42,060 bases of DNA, from assembly GCA_964639415.1 (NCBI GenBank), contig CAZXDD010000002.1, forward strand, positions 1 through 42,060, given 5' to 3'. This stretch comes from an uncultured Armatimonadia bacterium (GTDB lineage: Bacteria > Armatimonadota > Zipacnadia > Zipacnadales > JABUFB01). This document shows, one piece after another, positions 17,439-26,379 of the stretch. The notes beneath the pieces are model-generated. The model made no database searches. It worked only from the letters and a program-made list of their open reading frames with translations, and was not told the DNA's origin. A program made the translations under genes and the position numbers. How positions within the stretch are numbered: position 1 is the first letter of the stretch; each line of letters opens with the position of its first letter.

Positions 17439-20400
17439 CTAGGGCCGGTAAAGTTCGTGGTAGCCGTAGCAGGCTTCGCCCAATGCACTGTCGGCCAGTT
17501 CCTTGAGGCGTCTGTGATGGGTGAAGAAGATCACCTGCGTCTCCGCGGCCAGCCGGCCCAGCTCCTCCAGCGTGGCCTTGGCCCGATCATCGTCAAAGCG
17601 GATGAGGATGTCGTCGGCCACGAAGGGCAGCGGCGGCGCCTGTCGGATGGCGGCCAGCCGCAGGGCCAGGAAGAGCTGGTCGCAGGTGCCGTCGCTCATC
17701 CCCTCCACACCCACCGTCCGCCCATCGGGGCGCTCTCCGACCAGTAGCGGACGATCCGCATCGCCGAAATCGAGCTTCAATCCCTGAAAGGCACCCAGTG
17801 TGATGTTGCTGAGGATGTCACCCGCCCGGGCGAGCACCGGGGTCTGGTTCTCGGCACGGTAGGCCTCCATCGCCTTGTCCAGCCAGTGCCGGGCCACCTG
17901 CAGGGCCAGGTATTCCTCGGCCATCTCGCGTACCTGAGCCAAGGTCCTCTGCCTTTGCTCGGCCAGGTCCGCGGCGGCTCTGCTGCCATCCATGGCATTG
18001 AAGGCCTGCCGGAGCCCGCCGACCCTCTCCGTCTGAGCGGTGGCGGTCTTCTCCAGCTCCTCCAACTCCACCCCGAGCGCCTCGAGGTCGGCCTTGACCG
18101 CATCGGTGTCTGCGCCTTCAGCCTCCTGCGCCAACTCTGCAAGCGCCTTGCCCTCTCCCACCGTCTCCAGCCCGCCCTCGACGTCACCCAGCGTACTGAG
18201 AAGAGCCTCGCGCTGTCGGTGCCGCTCCCAGGCGGCGCGCAGCTCCGGAACGGGACAGCCCGCAAGCCGTGCCAGGTCGCCCAGATCGGCGAGAGCCTCC
18301 CGCAGACGTTCGCCTTGGTCGCGCAACGCCTCCTGCTCCTCACGATCTTGCTGCAACAGCCCTTCCAGGCGGGCACTGGCTGCGACGGCCTTCTTGAGAC
18401 GCTTGTGCAGCTCCCGCACGGCATCCTCCGGCGTCAGTTTCCCGCAGTCCGGAGCCAGCAGGCCCACAAGCTCGCCCACCTCCAGGGAGAACTCCTCCGC
18501 GTCCTTGTCGATACCCGCCACCCGCTTGACGACCGCGTCCACCTTTGCCTGCTTCTCGCTGAACTGCTGCAGGACGTTGAGCACGACGGTAACCTGTTCC
18601 ACGGGGGGCGCGTCGCCCAGCGCCAGGGAAGCCACCGCCCGCCGCCAATCGGCCTCCCACTGAGCCAGTCGCTGCGTGACCTGCTCCAGGTCCGCGGCCC
18701 GGCGCTCGCGCTGTGTGTTCAGCTCCTCCAGGCGTTCGGTGAGGCGCTCGAGGCGGTCGTTTCCTTCCTGAACCCCCGTGAGAACCTCCTCCGCGCGTTC
18801 CAGCACATCAGACAGGGGAGGCGGAGGCTCCCCAATCGTCTCCCCGATCTTCCGCAGGGCCCCCACCAGGGCCAGTCGCTCGCGCTCTACCAGCCGGCGC
18901 CTGTCCTCCAGCTCCGCCGCCATCCCCTCGCGCCGCTGCACGCTCTGCCGCAGCGTCTCCAGAGCCGTGAGCCACTGCAGCATCTCCGCCGGGCTCAGGA
19001 CGGCGACCGGAACGCCTTCCCATCGGCCCCGCCAGTCGGCTTCGAAGGCCCCAAGCTCGCCGTCCAGTGCCTCCTGCTCGCCCTGAACCCGGGCGATCCG
19101 CTCCTCGATGGCCTGGATGCCCGCCTGCAGGGCCGCGCGGTGCCCGACCCGCTCGGACTCCCTGCGCATCACGTCGGATACCGCGTCCGCGTCGCGAACC
19201 GTCCCCTCGTACACCCCCGCTGCGTCCCCGTCGGGGGCGTAGGCGGTCAGGTCCTGCGGGTCCCCGAGGATGTAATGCTGCTTGAGCAGGGCCCAGCCGC
19301 GGTCGCGCAGCTCGCGGGCCTCGGCCAGGTCCGTCTCGAGGGGAACGACACCCTCCGTCTCCAAACGCCGGATGTCCTGATGCCTGTCCTCCAGGGCCCT
19401 CAGGTTGTGGTTGAGCTCCTTCGCCAGCTCGTCGGCTCTGGCGGCAAGGCCGTCGCCGCGTCTCCGATAGTCCTCGACCGTGGCGGCCAGGGGCACGGCC
19501 ATGGCGGCCGCGGTGCACGCGGAGCTCCCCTCCAGGCCGAGGCTCCCGAGTTGTTGGGTCACCAGGGTGTCCTGTTTCTGCAGCTCCAGCTCGAGCCTGC
19601 GCAGTTCTGCTTCAGGGTCTCCGAGCCTGCGGGCACGGGTGACCGGAAGACGCAGGTCCGCCGGGTCGCGGCGTGCCGGCGCCCGCTCCAGGTCGCCCTG
19701 TAGCCTGCCGATTTGCTCCTGGCAATCGGCCAGTTCCCGGGCCGCCTTCTGCATCTGGTCGTCCAGGCGCCCGCGGTCGCCGCTCAGGCGGACCAGCGTG
19801 GCGCGGATCGCCGCGTCCGGGAGCAGGCGTGCGGCCCCCTCGGCGTCGGGAGCGCCCGGTAGCTGTGAGAGCAGCTCGCGGATGTCGGCCTCCAGCGTCC
19901 GCTGTTCCGCCAGCAGCTTCGTGCGGTCCTCCCAAGCCTTGCGGTGGCTGCCCGCGCGCTCCGAGAGCGCCTCCAGTTCGCCCTCGCGCTGCAGGAGCGC
20001 TTCCGGCAGCTCAATGCCCTCGATGTCCGACGCCGTCTGAGCGGCCCTGGCCCGTGTCGCCTCAATCGCCCTCTGGGCCGCATCGCGCCGGCCCGCGGCG
20101 TCGGCAAGCCTGGCCTCGAAGTCCTCCGGGAGGGCCACGACGTTCCCCAGTTGCTCCAGCGCCTGATGTAGCTCTCGGCGGCGCCCCAGCAGCGGTATGG
20201 TCTGTCGCAGCCGCACGAGCCGGGTCTGCTCGGAGCGCAGCTCCCCCGCCCGCTGCCGCAACGTCGTCTCCTCGACGCGGGCCTCCTCCAGATCTGTGCG
20301 CGCACTGAGCCAGTCTTGGCCCTTCAGCCTGCACCCACGTATCTCACCGCCCAGATCGGCGGCCCGCTTCAGCGCCTCGTTCAGAGGCTTGACCTGCGCC

Positions 20401-20927
20401 CTGGCGGTGAACAGCGTCTCGGCCCGCTCCCTGGTCTCGGCAAGAGCTCGGCTGAGGTGCACACCGCCCTCTCCGGCGGCGAACAGCGTCCGCCCCACAT
20501 CGCCCTCCCCCTGCACGATCTCCTGTCCGCCCTCGACGAGGTCCTCATGCGTCAGCGCGTACATGCGCCGGAACCGCTCGCGGTCCACTCCCCCCAGGAC
20601 CGCCGACAGCACGCTCTCGTCGCAGGGCTTGCCCTCGCTGTCCAGGAGCGTGTTCTTGTTCCCCTTGCGCCGGGTCACTTCCAGCAGTGTCCCGTCGCTC
20701 TCCAGCACGCCGCCCACGCGCATCTCGGTGTACGAATGCACGAAGCCGCCGTACTTCGTCTGCCCGCCGATCCCGAACAGCAGGTCGCGGAGGGCCTCCA
20801 GAGCCGTGGTCTTGCCGGCCTCGTTGGGGCCATAGACCAGATGGAAGTCCAGAGGCGAGGGCGAGAACTCCAGTCGCCGATCGGTGAAGTGCCCGTAGGC
20901 CAGGATGCCCAGCGACGCGATTCTCAT
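17439..20927 (-). CDS. YhaN-like AAA/ABC-type ATPase with long coiled coil (SbcC/Rad50-like)
   Basis: 1162 aa. The N-terminus carries Walker A (GPNEAGKTT). About 900 aa of Ala/Glu/Leu/Arg-rich coiled-coil-like sequence follows. The C-terminus has an ABC signature-like motif (MSDGTCDQLFLALRLA) and Walker B (LPFVADDILIRFDD). The start ATG overlaps the upstream stop (ATGA at 20924-20927). No CxxC zinc hook was seen by eye. Confidence 0.85.
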   Translation of the reverse strand: MRIASLGILAYGHFTDRRLEFSPSPLDFHLVYGPNEAGKTTALEALRDLLFGIGGQTKYGGFVHSYTEMRVGGVLESDGTLLEVTRRKGNKNTLLDSEGKPCDESVLSAVLGGVDRERFRRMYALTHEDLVEGGQEIVQGEGDVGRTLFAAGEGGVHLSRALAETRERAETLFTARAQVKPLNEALKRAADLGGEIRGCRLKGQDWLSARTDLEEARVEETTLRQRAGELRSEQTRLVRLRQTIPLLGRRRELHQALEQLGNVVALPEDFEARLADAAGRRDAAQRAIEATRARAAQTASDIEGIELPEALLQREGELEALSERAGSHRKAWEDRTKLLAEQRTLEADIRELLSQLPGAPDAEGAARLLPDAAIRATLVRLSGDRGRLDDQMQKAARELADCQEQIGRLQGDLERAPARRDPADLRLPVTRARRLGDPEAELRRLELELQKQDTLVTQQLGSLGLEGSSACTAAAMAVPLAATVEDYRRRGDGLAARADELAKELNHNLRALEDRHQDIRRLETEGVVPLETDLAEARELRDRGWALLKQHYILGDPQDLTAYAPDGDAAGVYEGTVRDADAVSDVMRRESERVGHRAALQAGIQAIEERIARVQGEQEALDGELGAFEADWRGRWEGVPVAVLSPAEMLQWLTALETLRQSVQRREGMAAELEDRRRLVERERLALVGALRKIGETIGEPPPPLSDVLERAEEVLTGVQEGNDRLERLTERLEELNTQRERRAADLEQVTQRLAQWEADWRRAVASLALGDAPPVEQVTVVLNVLQQFSEKQAKVDAVVKRVAGIDKDAEEFSLEVGELVGLLAPDCGKLTPEDAVRELHKRLKKAVAASARLEGLLQQDREEQEALRDQGERLREALADLGDLARLAGCPVPELRAAWERHRQREALLSTLGDVEGGLETVGEGKALAELAQEAEGADTDAVKADLEALGVELEELEKTATAQTERVGGLRQAFNAMDGSRAAADLAEQRQRTLAQVREMAEEYLALQVARHWLDKAMEAYRAENQTPVLARAGDILSNITLGAFQGLKLDFGDADRPLLVGERPDGRTVGVEGMSDGTCDQLFLALRLAAIRQAPPLPFVADDILIRFDDDRAKATLEELGRLAAETQVIFFTHHRRLKELADSALGEACYGYHELYRP

Positions 20928-22180
20928 CGGCCCTCACCTCCGCCGGCAAGCCGGTCACGGAGGTAGGCCTCAGCGCGCGGCACCAGCTCCCGCAGGGCGT
21001 CGGGTGCGGCGCCAAACCCGTCCTCCGAGCGTCGGAGTTCCTCGGGTAGCTTGCCCAGCAATTCCGCCACAACGGGGCTCGCGGCCAGCTCCGCCAGATC
21101 CGCATCGGTCAGGCCACAGGCGAACAGCGTCTCGAGCAACGAAGGATCGCCTACACCCGCTGAAGTCGTCTCAGCCGCCGCAGGCACGACCACCTGAAGC
21201 TTCTCCAGCCACAGGCGACCGGCGCCGACGTCATTGGCGCGGCTGCGCAGCTCATTGAGCCAGTGCTCCGGTGAGGCCACCATCCGCTCGCAGGCCCGGG
21301 AGCGCCCCGTCACCACCACCCTCGTGGCCAGCACCGGGGCCGCGACATCGTCCAGGAGCTCCTGCCATCGCGTGACGATAGCATCGGCGACGTCCTCGGG
21401 ATCGGAGCAACCTTCGCCACCGACCCGGCACTCCTCCCACCTCACCACATCCAGCTCCCGCTCTTCCACCGTGGCCTCACCGTCTTCCACCGTCACCAGC
21501 GTACAGCCCTTGGGACCCGTCTCGCGGATGTGCCGCCCCTGCAGATTGCCGGGGAAGACGACCCAGGGGTCCTCGCACAGCACCTCGCGCTGGTGGATGT
21601 GCCCCAGAGCCCAGTACTGGTACCCGCGGTCCTCCAGATGCTCCAGCGTGCACGGTGCGTACGGATCGTGACCCGGTCGCCCGTTGACACTGGTATGCAG
21701 AAGCCCGATGTTGTACACCCCCGGAAACGGAGCGGGGTACAGCAGCGCCAGATTCTCCTCGACATGCCTCCTGCCGAAGCTCATGCCGTGCACGGCCAAC
21801 CCCAGTTCGCGGAACTCGACGCTTTCGGGCGCCTTGTCGCCGAACAGATGCACATTGTCCGGAGGCCGCAGGTACTTGGTGATCTGACTGACGGCGTCGT
21901 GGTTGCCGAAGATCACGGCGGCTTTGACCCCGTGCCTTTGCAGACGGCTCATCTGACCGGCGAAATGCAGCCCCGTGTTGTAATCCTGCCAGTCGCCGTC
22001 GTACAGGTCGCCGGCGAACAGTACCAGGTCCACAGCCCGCTCGATCGCGAGGTCCACGAGCTTCTCCAGAGCCACACGCGTGGCCCCACGCACCTCATCC
22101 AACGGTGCGCCTGAGTAGTCCTGTAGCCCACGCATGGGGCTGTCGAGGTGCACATCCGCGGCATGGATGAACCTGGGCAT
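20924..22180 (-). CDS. YhaO/SbcD-like metallophosphoesterase (DNA repair exonuclease family)
   Basis: Track ORF 20924..22300 trimmed to ATG 22180, with GGAG upstream. The protein then starts MPRFIHAADVHLDS, as SbcD/Mre11-type proteins do. Calcineurin-like motifs are present: DVHLD, GDLYDGD, GNHD and GHIH. Confidence 0.85.
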   Translation of the reverse strand: MPRFIHAADVHLDSPMRGLQDYSGAPLDEVRGATRVALEKLVDLAIERAVDLVLFAGDLYDGDWQDYNTGLHFAGQMSRLQRHGVKAAVIFGNHDAVSQITKYLRPPDNVHLFGDKAPESVEFRELGLAVHGMSFGRRHVEENLALLYPAPFPGVYNIGLLHTSVNGRPGHDPYAPCTLEHLEDRGYQYWALGHIHQREVLCEDPWVVFPGNLQGRHIRETGPKGCTLVTVEDGEATVEERELDVVRWEECRVGGEGCSDPEDVADAIVTRWQELLDDVAAPVLATRVVVTGRSRACERMVASPEHWLNELRSRANDVGAGRLWLEKLQVVVPAAAETTSAGVGDPSLLETLFACGLTDADLAELAASPVVAELLGKLPEELRRSEDGFGAAPDALRELVPRAEAYLRDRLAGGGEGR

Positions 22181-22210
22181 ACGAATCTCCGGGGGGGAGT
22201 CTGCGAGTCG

Positions 22211-22270
22211 CGAGTCAACGAAGACGGCAACGGCGTCAACGGCGACGGCGTCAACACCAACGGCGTCAAC
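22211..22270 (-). repeat. Short tandem repeat GTTGACGCCG (15-bp period, 3 copies plus a fourth GTTGAC) upstream of the YhaO-like gene
   Basis: On the plus strand, CGGCGTCAAC occurs at 22231, 22246 and 22261, plus GTCAAC at 22214. On the coding strand these read GTTGAC(GCCG), each containing a -35-like TTGAC. No matching -10 element was found. Confidence 0.5.
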
Positions 22271-22318
22271 AGCAGCGGTCGCGCAGGGCGGGCGCGCCAA
22301 CGGCGAGTGACACGAGCT

Positions 22319-25300
22319 CTATCGGGGCCAGCGTAGCTCTGTCAGGTCCCGCAGGCGGTCCCGGGCATCCGTTCCGTCACCCGCCCAGAGGAGGGCCACA
22401 TGGCCGCCCGACGCCGGGAGCATCACCCGCCAGAGCCCCTCCGCTCCCGCCGGCGAGAGCGGCGAGCCCACGCCCTGCGTCCCCGGTCTGCCCACCCACA
22501 GATGCTCTTTCACCGCGAATGCACGAGAGCTGAGGCTCACCTGTGCACACTGGTGCGGCAAGACCATGAGGCTCTCGCTCTGCCGCACGTCCTCGCCATC
22601 CATCGCGCAGAGGGCATAGTGCCCGTCGGCGGTGGCGAGCAGCTCGCCGCCGATCCGAACGGCGCCCTGGCTCTCAATGGCGCGAACCGCGCCGTCGGGC
22701 CCCAGGAGCACGAAAGCAAAGCCCCTCTCCGCCAGGGAGACGGTGGCGTCGGCGGCGGGCAGGGTCACGGCCAGCGGACCGGTGCCCTCCTCGCGCCGGG
22801 CCAGCATGTAGAGTCGGCCACCGTCGGCAGTGGGGATGCTCAAGGCCCGGACCGCGGCCTGCGCGGGTTCCACGGCGATGGGCCGGATGTAGGCCATCTC
22901 CAGGACGCGGGCGTAGAGGGCCCCGTCCTGGGGCCGCCCGCGCAGCTCCATGGGATACGGCGCGTACAGCACCTTGCCGGCGCCGACCGCGGTCTCAACC
23001 GGCACCTGCTCCCAGGCCTCTCTCGACACATCGAAGGGCGGCACTGCCGGCGCCTCGGGTAGCCCCAGCTCCACACGCCGCTGCCCCCGAGTCGGCCTGC
23101 GGGTGGCGTCGAAGCTGATGTCGCCCGAGAGATAGAGCGTCCCGCCGGCCCGGGTCCAGGTGAGGATCGCGTCGAAGGTCTCGTCGGTGGGGCAGTAGGG
23201 CACCGGCCAGTACAGCACCTTTGCCGAAGCGGGCAGGGCCCCGATATCCTCCTCGTTCACCATCCCGAAGTTCACACGCTGCTCCAGCAGCAGGTCGATG
23301 GCGCGCAGCACCGCGCCATTGAGCTCGTTGAACCGCGGCCCGATCCGGTGCCTGTCCGGAGCGACGACAAACACCTCCGGCGATTCGTAGACCGGCTCCG
23401 CGAGCTTGAGCAGCAACCCGCCCTGCGCCAGCGTGTGCAGCCAAGGCTTGGGCGTGTTGGAGCAATGGCGCATCAGCCCCCACGGGAAGACGCATTCGTC
23501 AAAGTCCTTCCAGTCCCAGTTGGCCATGACGGCGGCGCCCATGCCGGCGGCATAATGACCGTAGGTCTGGAAGCGGTGGATCGAGGCCTGCACCGGCTCG
23601 CCAAAGGCCCCATTCACCCGGGCGTCGTGGGCCTCCTGGGCCCCGAACTCCCCCACCGAGAATCCCTTGCCCACGAACCGCCGGTCGACAAGCTTGACGC
23701 CCGAGGCGAAGCCGTCGACCCCGCCGTAGTAGTGCATATTGGAGAAATCCGTGTGCCGAACGCCGAGGATCTTGTCCGCCGGCGGCATACTGGGCAGGTA
23801 CCCTACGCAGATCGGGGCGTCCGGATCGCCTCTGCGCAGGCCGTCCACATTCGCCTTCACCCACCGGTTCAGTAGCTCCGTCTCGAACCGCTTCAGATCG
23901 GCGGCCCGCACGTCGTCCCAGTCATTGCTCCCCTTGCCCAGCGGCACGTCGGGAAGTGGCGCCTCCGGTGGCTGCTTGCTCCACGCCTCACGGAGCGCTT
24001 CGTCGGTGGCGTAGCGCTCCGTGAGGAACTCGTTCCACAGCGCCACCACATCCGGCCGGTCCTCCACACTCACCGAGGGCTCGTTTTGCACATCGTAGAA
24101 GATCCCCGGAACATCCCGGTACCTGCCGGCCCAGAAGGCGTTCCAGTCCGCCTGCGCCGCCAGCTCCTCCTCGGTCAGTACCGTTCCCATCCAGTCGTGA
24201 ACGGTGAGGAAGATCGCGACCCTGTGCTTCTGGGCCAGTTGCACGATGGCATCCATCTGCCGCACCAGCCGTTCCGGGCGCTCGCGCAGGTCCAGTGGCT
24301 GATTGGTGGGCCTGCCCTCGTAGCCGCCCTTGGAGTACGGGGAGAAGTGGAGGGTTCGCAGGATATGCACGCTGTTTTGGGCCATGTGGGCCAAATCGCG
24401 GTCCCAGATCGCCGGGTTCTCGTTGTCGGAGAAGTACATCATCCCCGTCTGGTTGGTACCCATCAGGAAGGTCGGCCGCCCGTCCACGGTGAGGTAGTTG
24501 TCCTTCCATGCCACGACCGGCCCCGAGGCGAGCACCTCCGGACTGCGAATGCACAAGGCCGACCGCATCACATCGGCCCGTCGCTCTCCCTCGCTGAGCA
24601 CGGCCTCTATCGGGCAGTAGTCGGCCTCCAGAACGTCCACAGCGACGCCCACCGTGACGGTCTCTGTGCTTCGCGGTGGCAGGTCCAGGGCCCGGGACAA
24701 CACCTCGTTCCCCGCGACGCGAAGCGAGATCCTGCGACTCGCGGGGCGACGGCCGTTGTTGGACACACGTACCGATATTCCCGCCGTCTCTCCCGGCTCG
24801 TAGCAGGCGAAATCGGTCTTCAGCTCGTGCAGGAAGACCTTCTCACAGATATCCGCGACGACCCGGGCCAGCAGCTTGCGCCGCGACTCCGCCCCGAGAA
24901 ACAAGTCTGTGCCGTCGGTCAGGCCACTGAAGGCCCAGCTTGACCCTGAATAGTGGCCCGAGTAGTTGTGCAGGATGCTCAGAGCGGTTCCCTGCAGCGT
25001 TCCTTCGGCGGAGTAACCCTCCAAGACGGGTACCCAGCGCCGGTAGACCGCGGGAAACACGGCGCTGTTGACCCCGGTCAGACCGCAGGAGGAAAAGCCC
25101 GACACCGGCCGGTCGAAGGTGTACTCCAGGGCCGTGAGCGCGGGGTCGTCGACCCAGACGGCGGGCCGCAGAGATGTCGTGTGCTCCAGACTGGAAGAGG
25201 GATCAAAGACCCCTATCTGGTGAGGCTCGAGCACCATCTGGTCGCCGGGCTTGCCCGTCCGGGTGTTGATCCGGCCAAGATCGGGCTCGGTCCTGGGTTC

Positions 25301-26248
25301 ATCCATCTCCGCGGCCGTGAGCTCGGGCCCGCTCGTCCCCGCCCAGCCGTCCTCGGTCAGCGCCAGCGGCGAGTCGAAGGCGTAGCCGTCGGTGGAGAGG
25401 AAGCCGCCGCCGGCCTGCAGGTAGCTCAGGAACGTCTCCCCGGCGTCCTGCGGGAAGTACGGCCCGAAAGGCAGGATCACCGCGTCGAGGCGATCCGGTG
25501 TCATCACCTCCGCCCGGGCCAGGTCGCCGGCCTTGAGCACGGTGACCCCGAACCCCTCGGCGCGCAGTGCAACCGCCAGGTCGGCCGGCGCATGCGCCGT
25601 CGCGAAGTCGTTGGGCAGGCCTTCGCCCATATCAAGGACGCCCACCGTCCCCCGCTCTCCGGGCTCGATCTCCAGATCGGCCGTCACCGGCAGCGCCACG
25701 GGCTTCTGGGACTCCCCCACCTCCCACGCCATCTTGTCCACCGTGACCTCGAGGTCCGCGAAGTTGCATCCGATGAGCATGTGGTCGACGGTCAGCATCT
25801 CGCGAGTGCCCTGACCACGACCGTCGAAGCGGAAGCCCGACACCGGAAGCCTGGCTTCGTGCCACCCCACGGGGGCCTCGGCGAGGTCCTTGCCGTCGAG
25901 GTGCACCCGTTGCACCCAGGCATCGCCGTCCGCCTCGAACAGCCAGATGTGCATGGCGGCCCCCGGTGCCGCGGAGTGCTTGTGCACCCAGAAGCGCAGG
26001 GCCCGGGCCCCGGCGGGGATACTGCACGGAGCGCTGATGTTCCCCCAGTTCGGCGTGCTGTCGGAGTAGTCCAGACGCATGCCGGTGCCCTCACGGGCGT
26101 GTTCGGTGTCGGCAGACACCTGCGGCGGGTTGCCGCCGTCCAGGTTCGGACGCCACACGGAGACGTCCTCGAAGTCGTGCAGTGGGACCTCGACGGCCAT
26201 GGCGGCCACTCCCAACATGATCAGAAGCAGTAGGTGCAGTGACGACAT
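22319..26248 (-). CDS. Large secreted glycoside hydrolase-like protein (clan GH-A TIM barrel, GH5/GH42-like, with beta-sandwich and amidotransferase-like modules)
   Basis: 1309 aa; ATG 26248 has GGAGG 7 nt upstream. The signal peptide is MSSLHLLLLIMLGVAAMA. The central region (TFLMGTNQTG...VHILRTLHF...IFYDVQNEPS) carries an NEP acid/base-like motif. The module LDAVILPFGPYFPQDAGETFLSYLQAGGGF resembles the N-terminal module of the divergent neighbour 26380..28260. Confidence 0.75.
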   Translation of the reverse strand: MSSLHLLLLIMLGVAAMAVEVPLHDFEDVSVWRPNLDGGNPPQVSADTEHAREGTGMRLDYSDSTPNWGNISAPCSIPAGARALRFWVHKHSAAPGAAMHIWLFEADGDAWVQRVHLDGKDLAEAPVGWHEARLPVSGFRFDGRGQGTREMLTVDHMLIGCNFADLEVTVDKMAWEVGESQKPVALPVTADLEIEPGERGTVGVLDMGEGLPNDFATAHAPADLAVALRAEGFGVTVLKAGDLARAEVMTPDRLDAVILPFGPYFPQDAGETFLSYLQAGGGFLSTDGYAFDSPLALTEDGWAGTSGPELTAAEMDEPRTEPDLGRINTRTGKPGDQMVLEPHQIGVFDPSSSLEHTTSLRPAVWVDDPALTALEYTFDRPVSGFSSCGLTGVNSAVFPAVYRRWVPVLEGYSAEGTLQGTALSILHNYSGHYSGSSWAFSGLTDGTDLFLGAESRRKLLARVVADICEKVFLHELKTDFACYEPGETAGISVRVSNNGRRPASRRISLRVAGNEVLSRALDLPPRSTETVTVGVAVDVLEADYCPIEAVLSEGERRADVMRSALCIRSPEVLASGPVVAWKDNYLTVDGRPTFLMGTNQTGMMYFSDNENPAIWDRDLAHMAQNSVHILRTLHFSPYSKGGYEGRPTNQPLDLRERPERLVRQMDAIVQLAQKHRVAIFLTVHDWMGTVLTEEELAAQADWNAFWAGRYRDVPGIFYDVQNEPSVSVEDRPDVVALWNEFLTERYATDEALREAWSKQPPEAPLPDVPLGKGSNDWDDVRAADLKRFETELLNRWVKANVDGLRRGDPDAPICVGYLPSMPPADKILGVRHTDFSNMHYYGGVDGFASGVKLVDRRFVGKGFSVGEFGAQEAHDARVNGAFGEPVQASIHRFQTYGHYAAGMGAAVMANWDWKDFDECVFPWGLMRHCSNTPKPWLHTLAQGGLLLKLAEPVYESPEVFVVAPDRHRIGPRFNELNGAVLRAIDLLLEQRVNFGMVNEEDIGALPASAKVLYWPVPYCPTDETFDAILTWTRAGGTLYLSGDISFDATRRPTRGQRRVELGLPEAPAVPPFDVSREAWEQVPVETAVGAGKVLYAPYPMELRGRPQDGALYARVLEMAYIRPIAVEPAQAAVRALSIPTADGGRLYMLARREEGTGPLAVTLPAADATVSLAERGFAFVLLGPDGAVRAIESQGAVRIGGELLATADGHYALCAMDGEDVRQSESLMVLPHQCAQVSLSSRAFAVKEHLWVGRPGTQGVGSPLSPAGAEGLWRVMLPASGGHVALLWAGDGTDARDRLRDLTELRWPR

Positions 26249-26379
26249 GGAAAGACCTCCAGCCCGGAGATTGGTGCACCATTTCGCCGCTCCGTGCCCA
26301 AAGGCCTCCGTGAACGCTGCGGCGAAGGAGTCGCCTAGATCGGGAATCCGAAGCCATCGGACACAGGGAGTTGCGATAC

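Noticed and set aside
22181-22300. N-terminal extension of the YhaO-like ORF encoding VDAVG/VDAVA pentapeptide repeats
   Set aside because: SbcD/Mre11-family proteins begin at the MxxxHxxDxHLD motif. ATG 22180 has a GGAG RBS. The repeat is better explained as a 15-bp DNA repeat in the upstream region.
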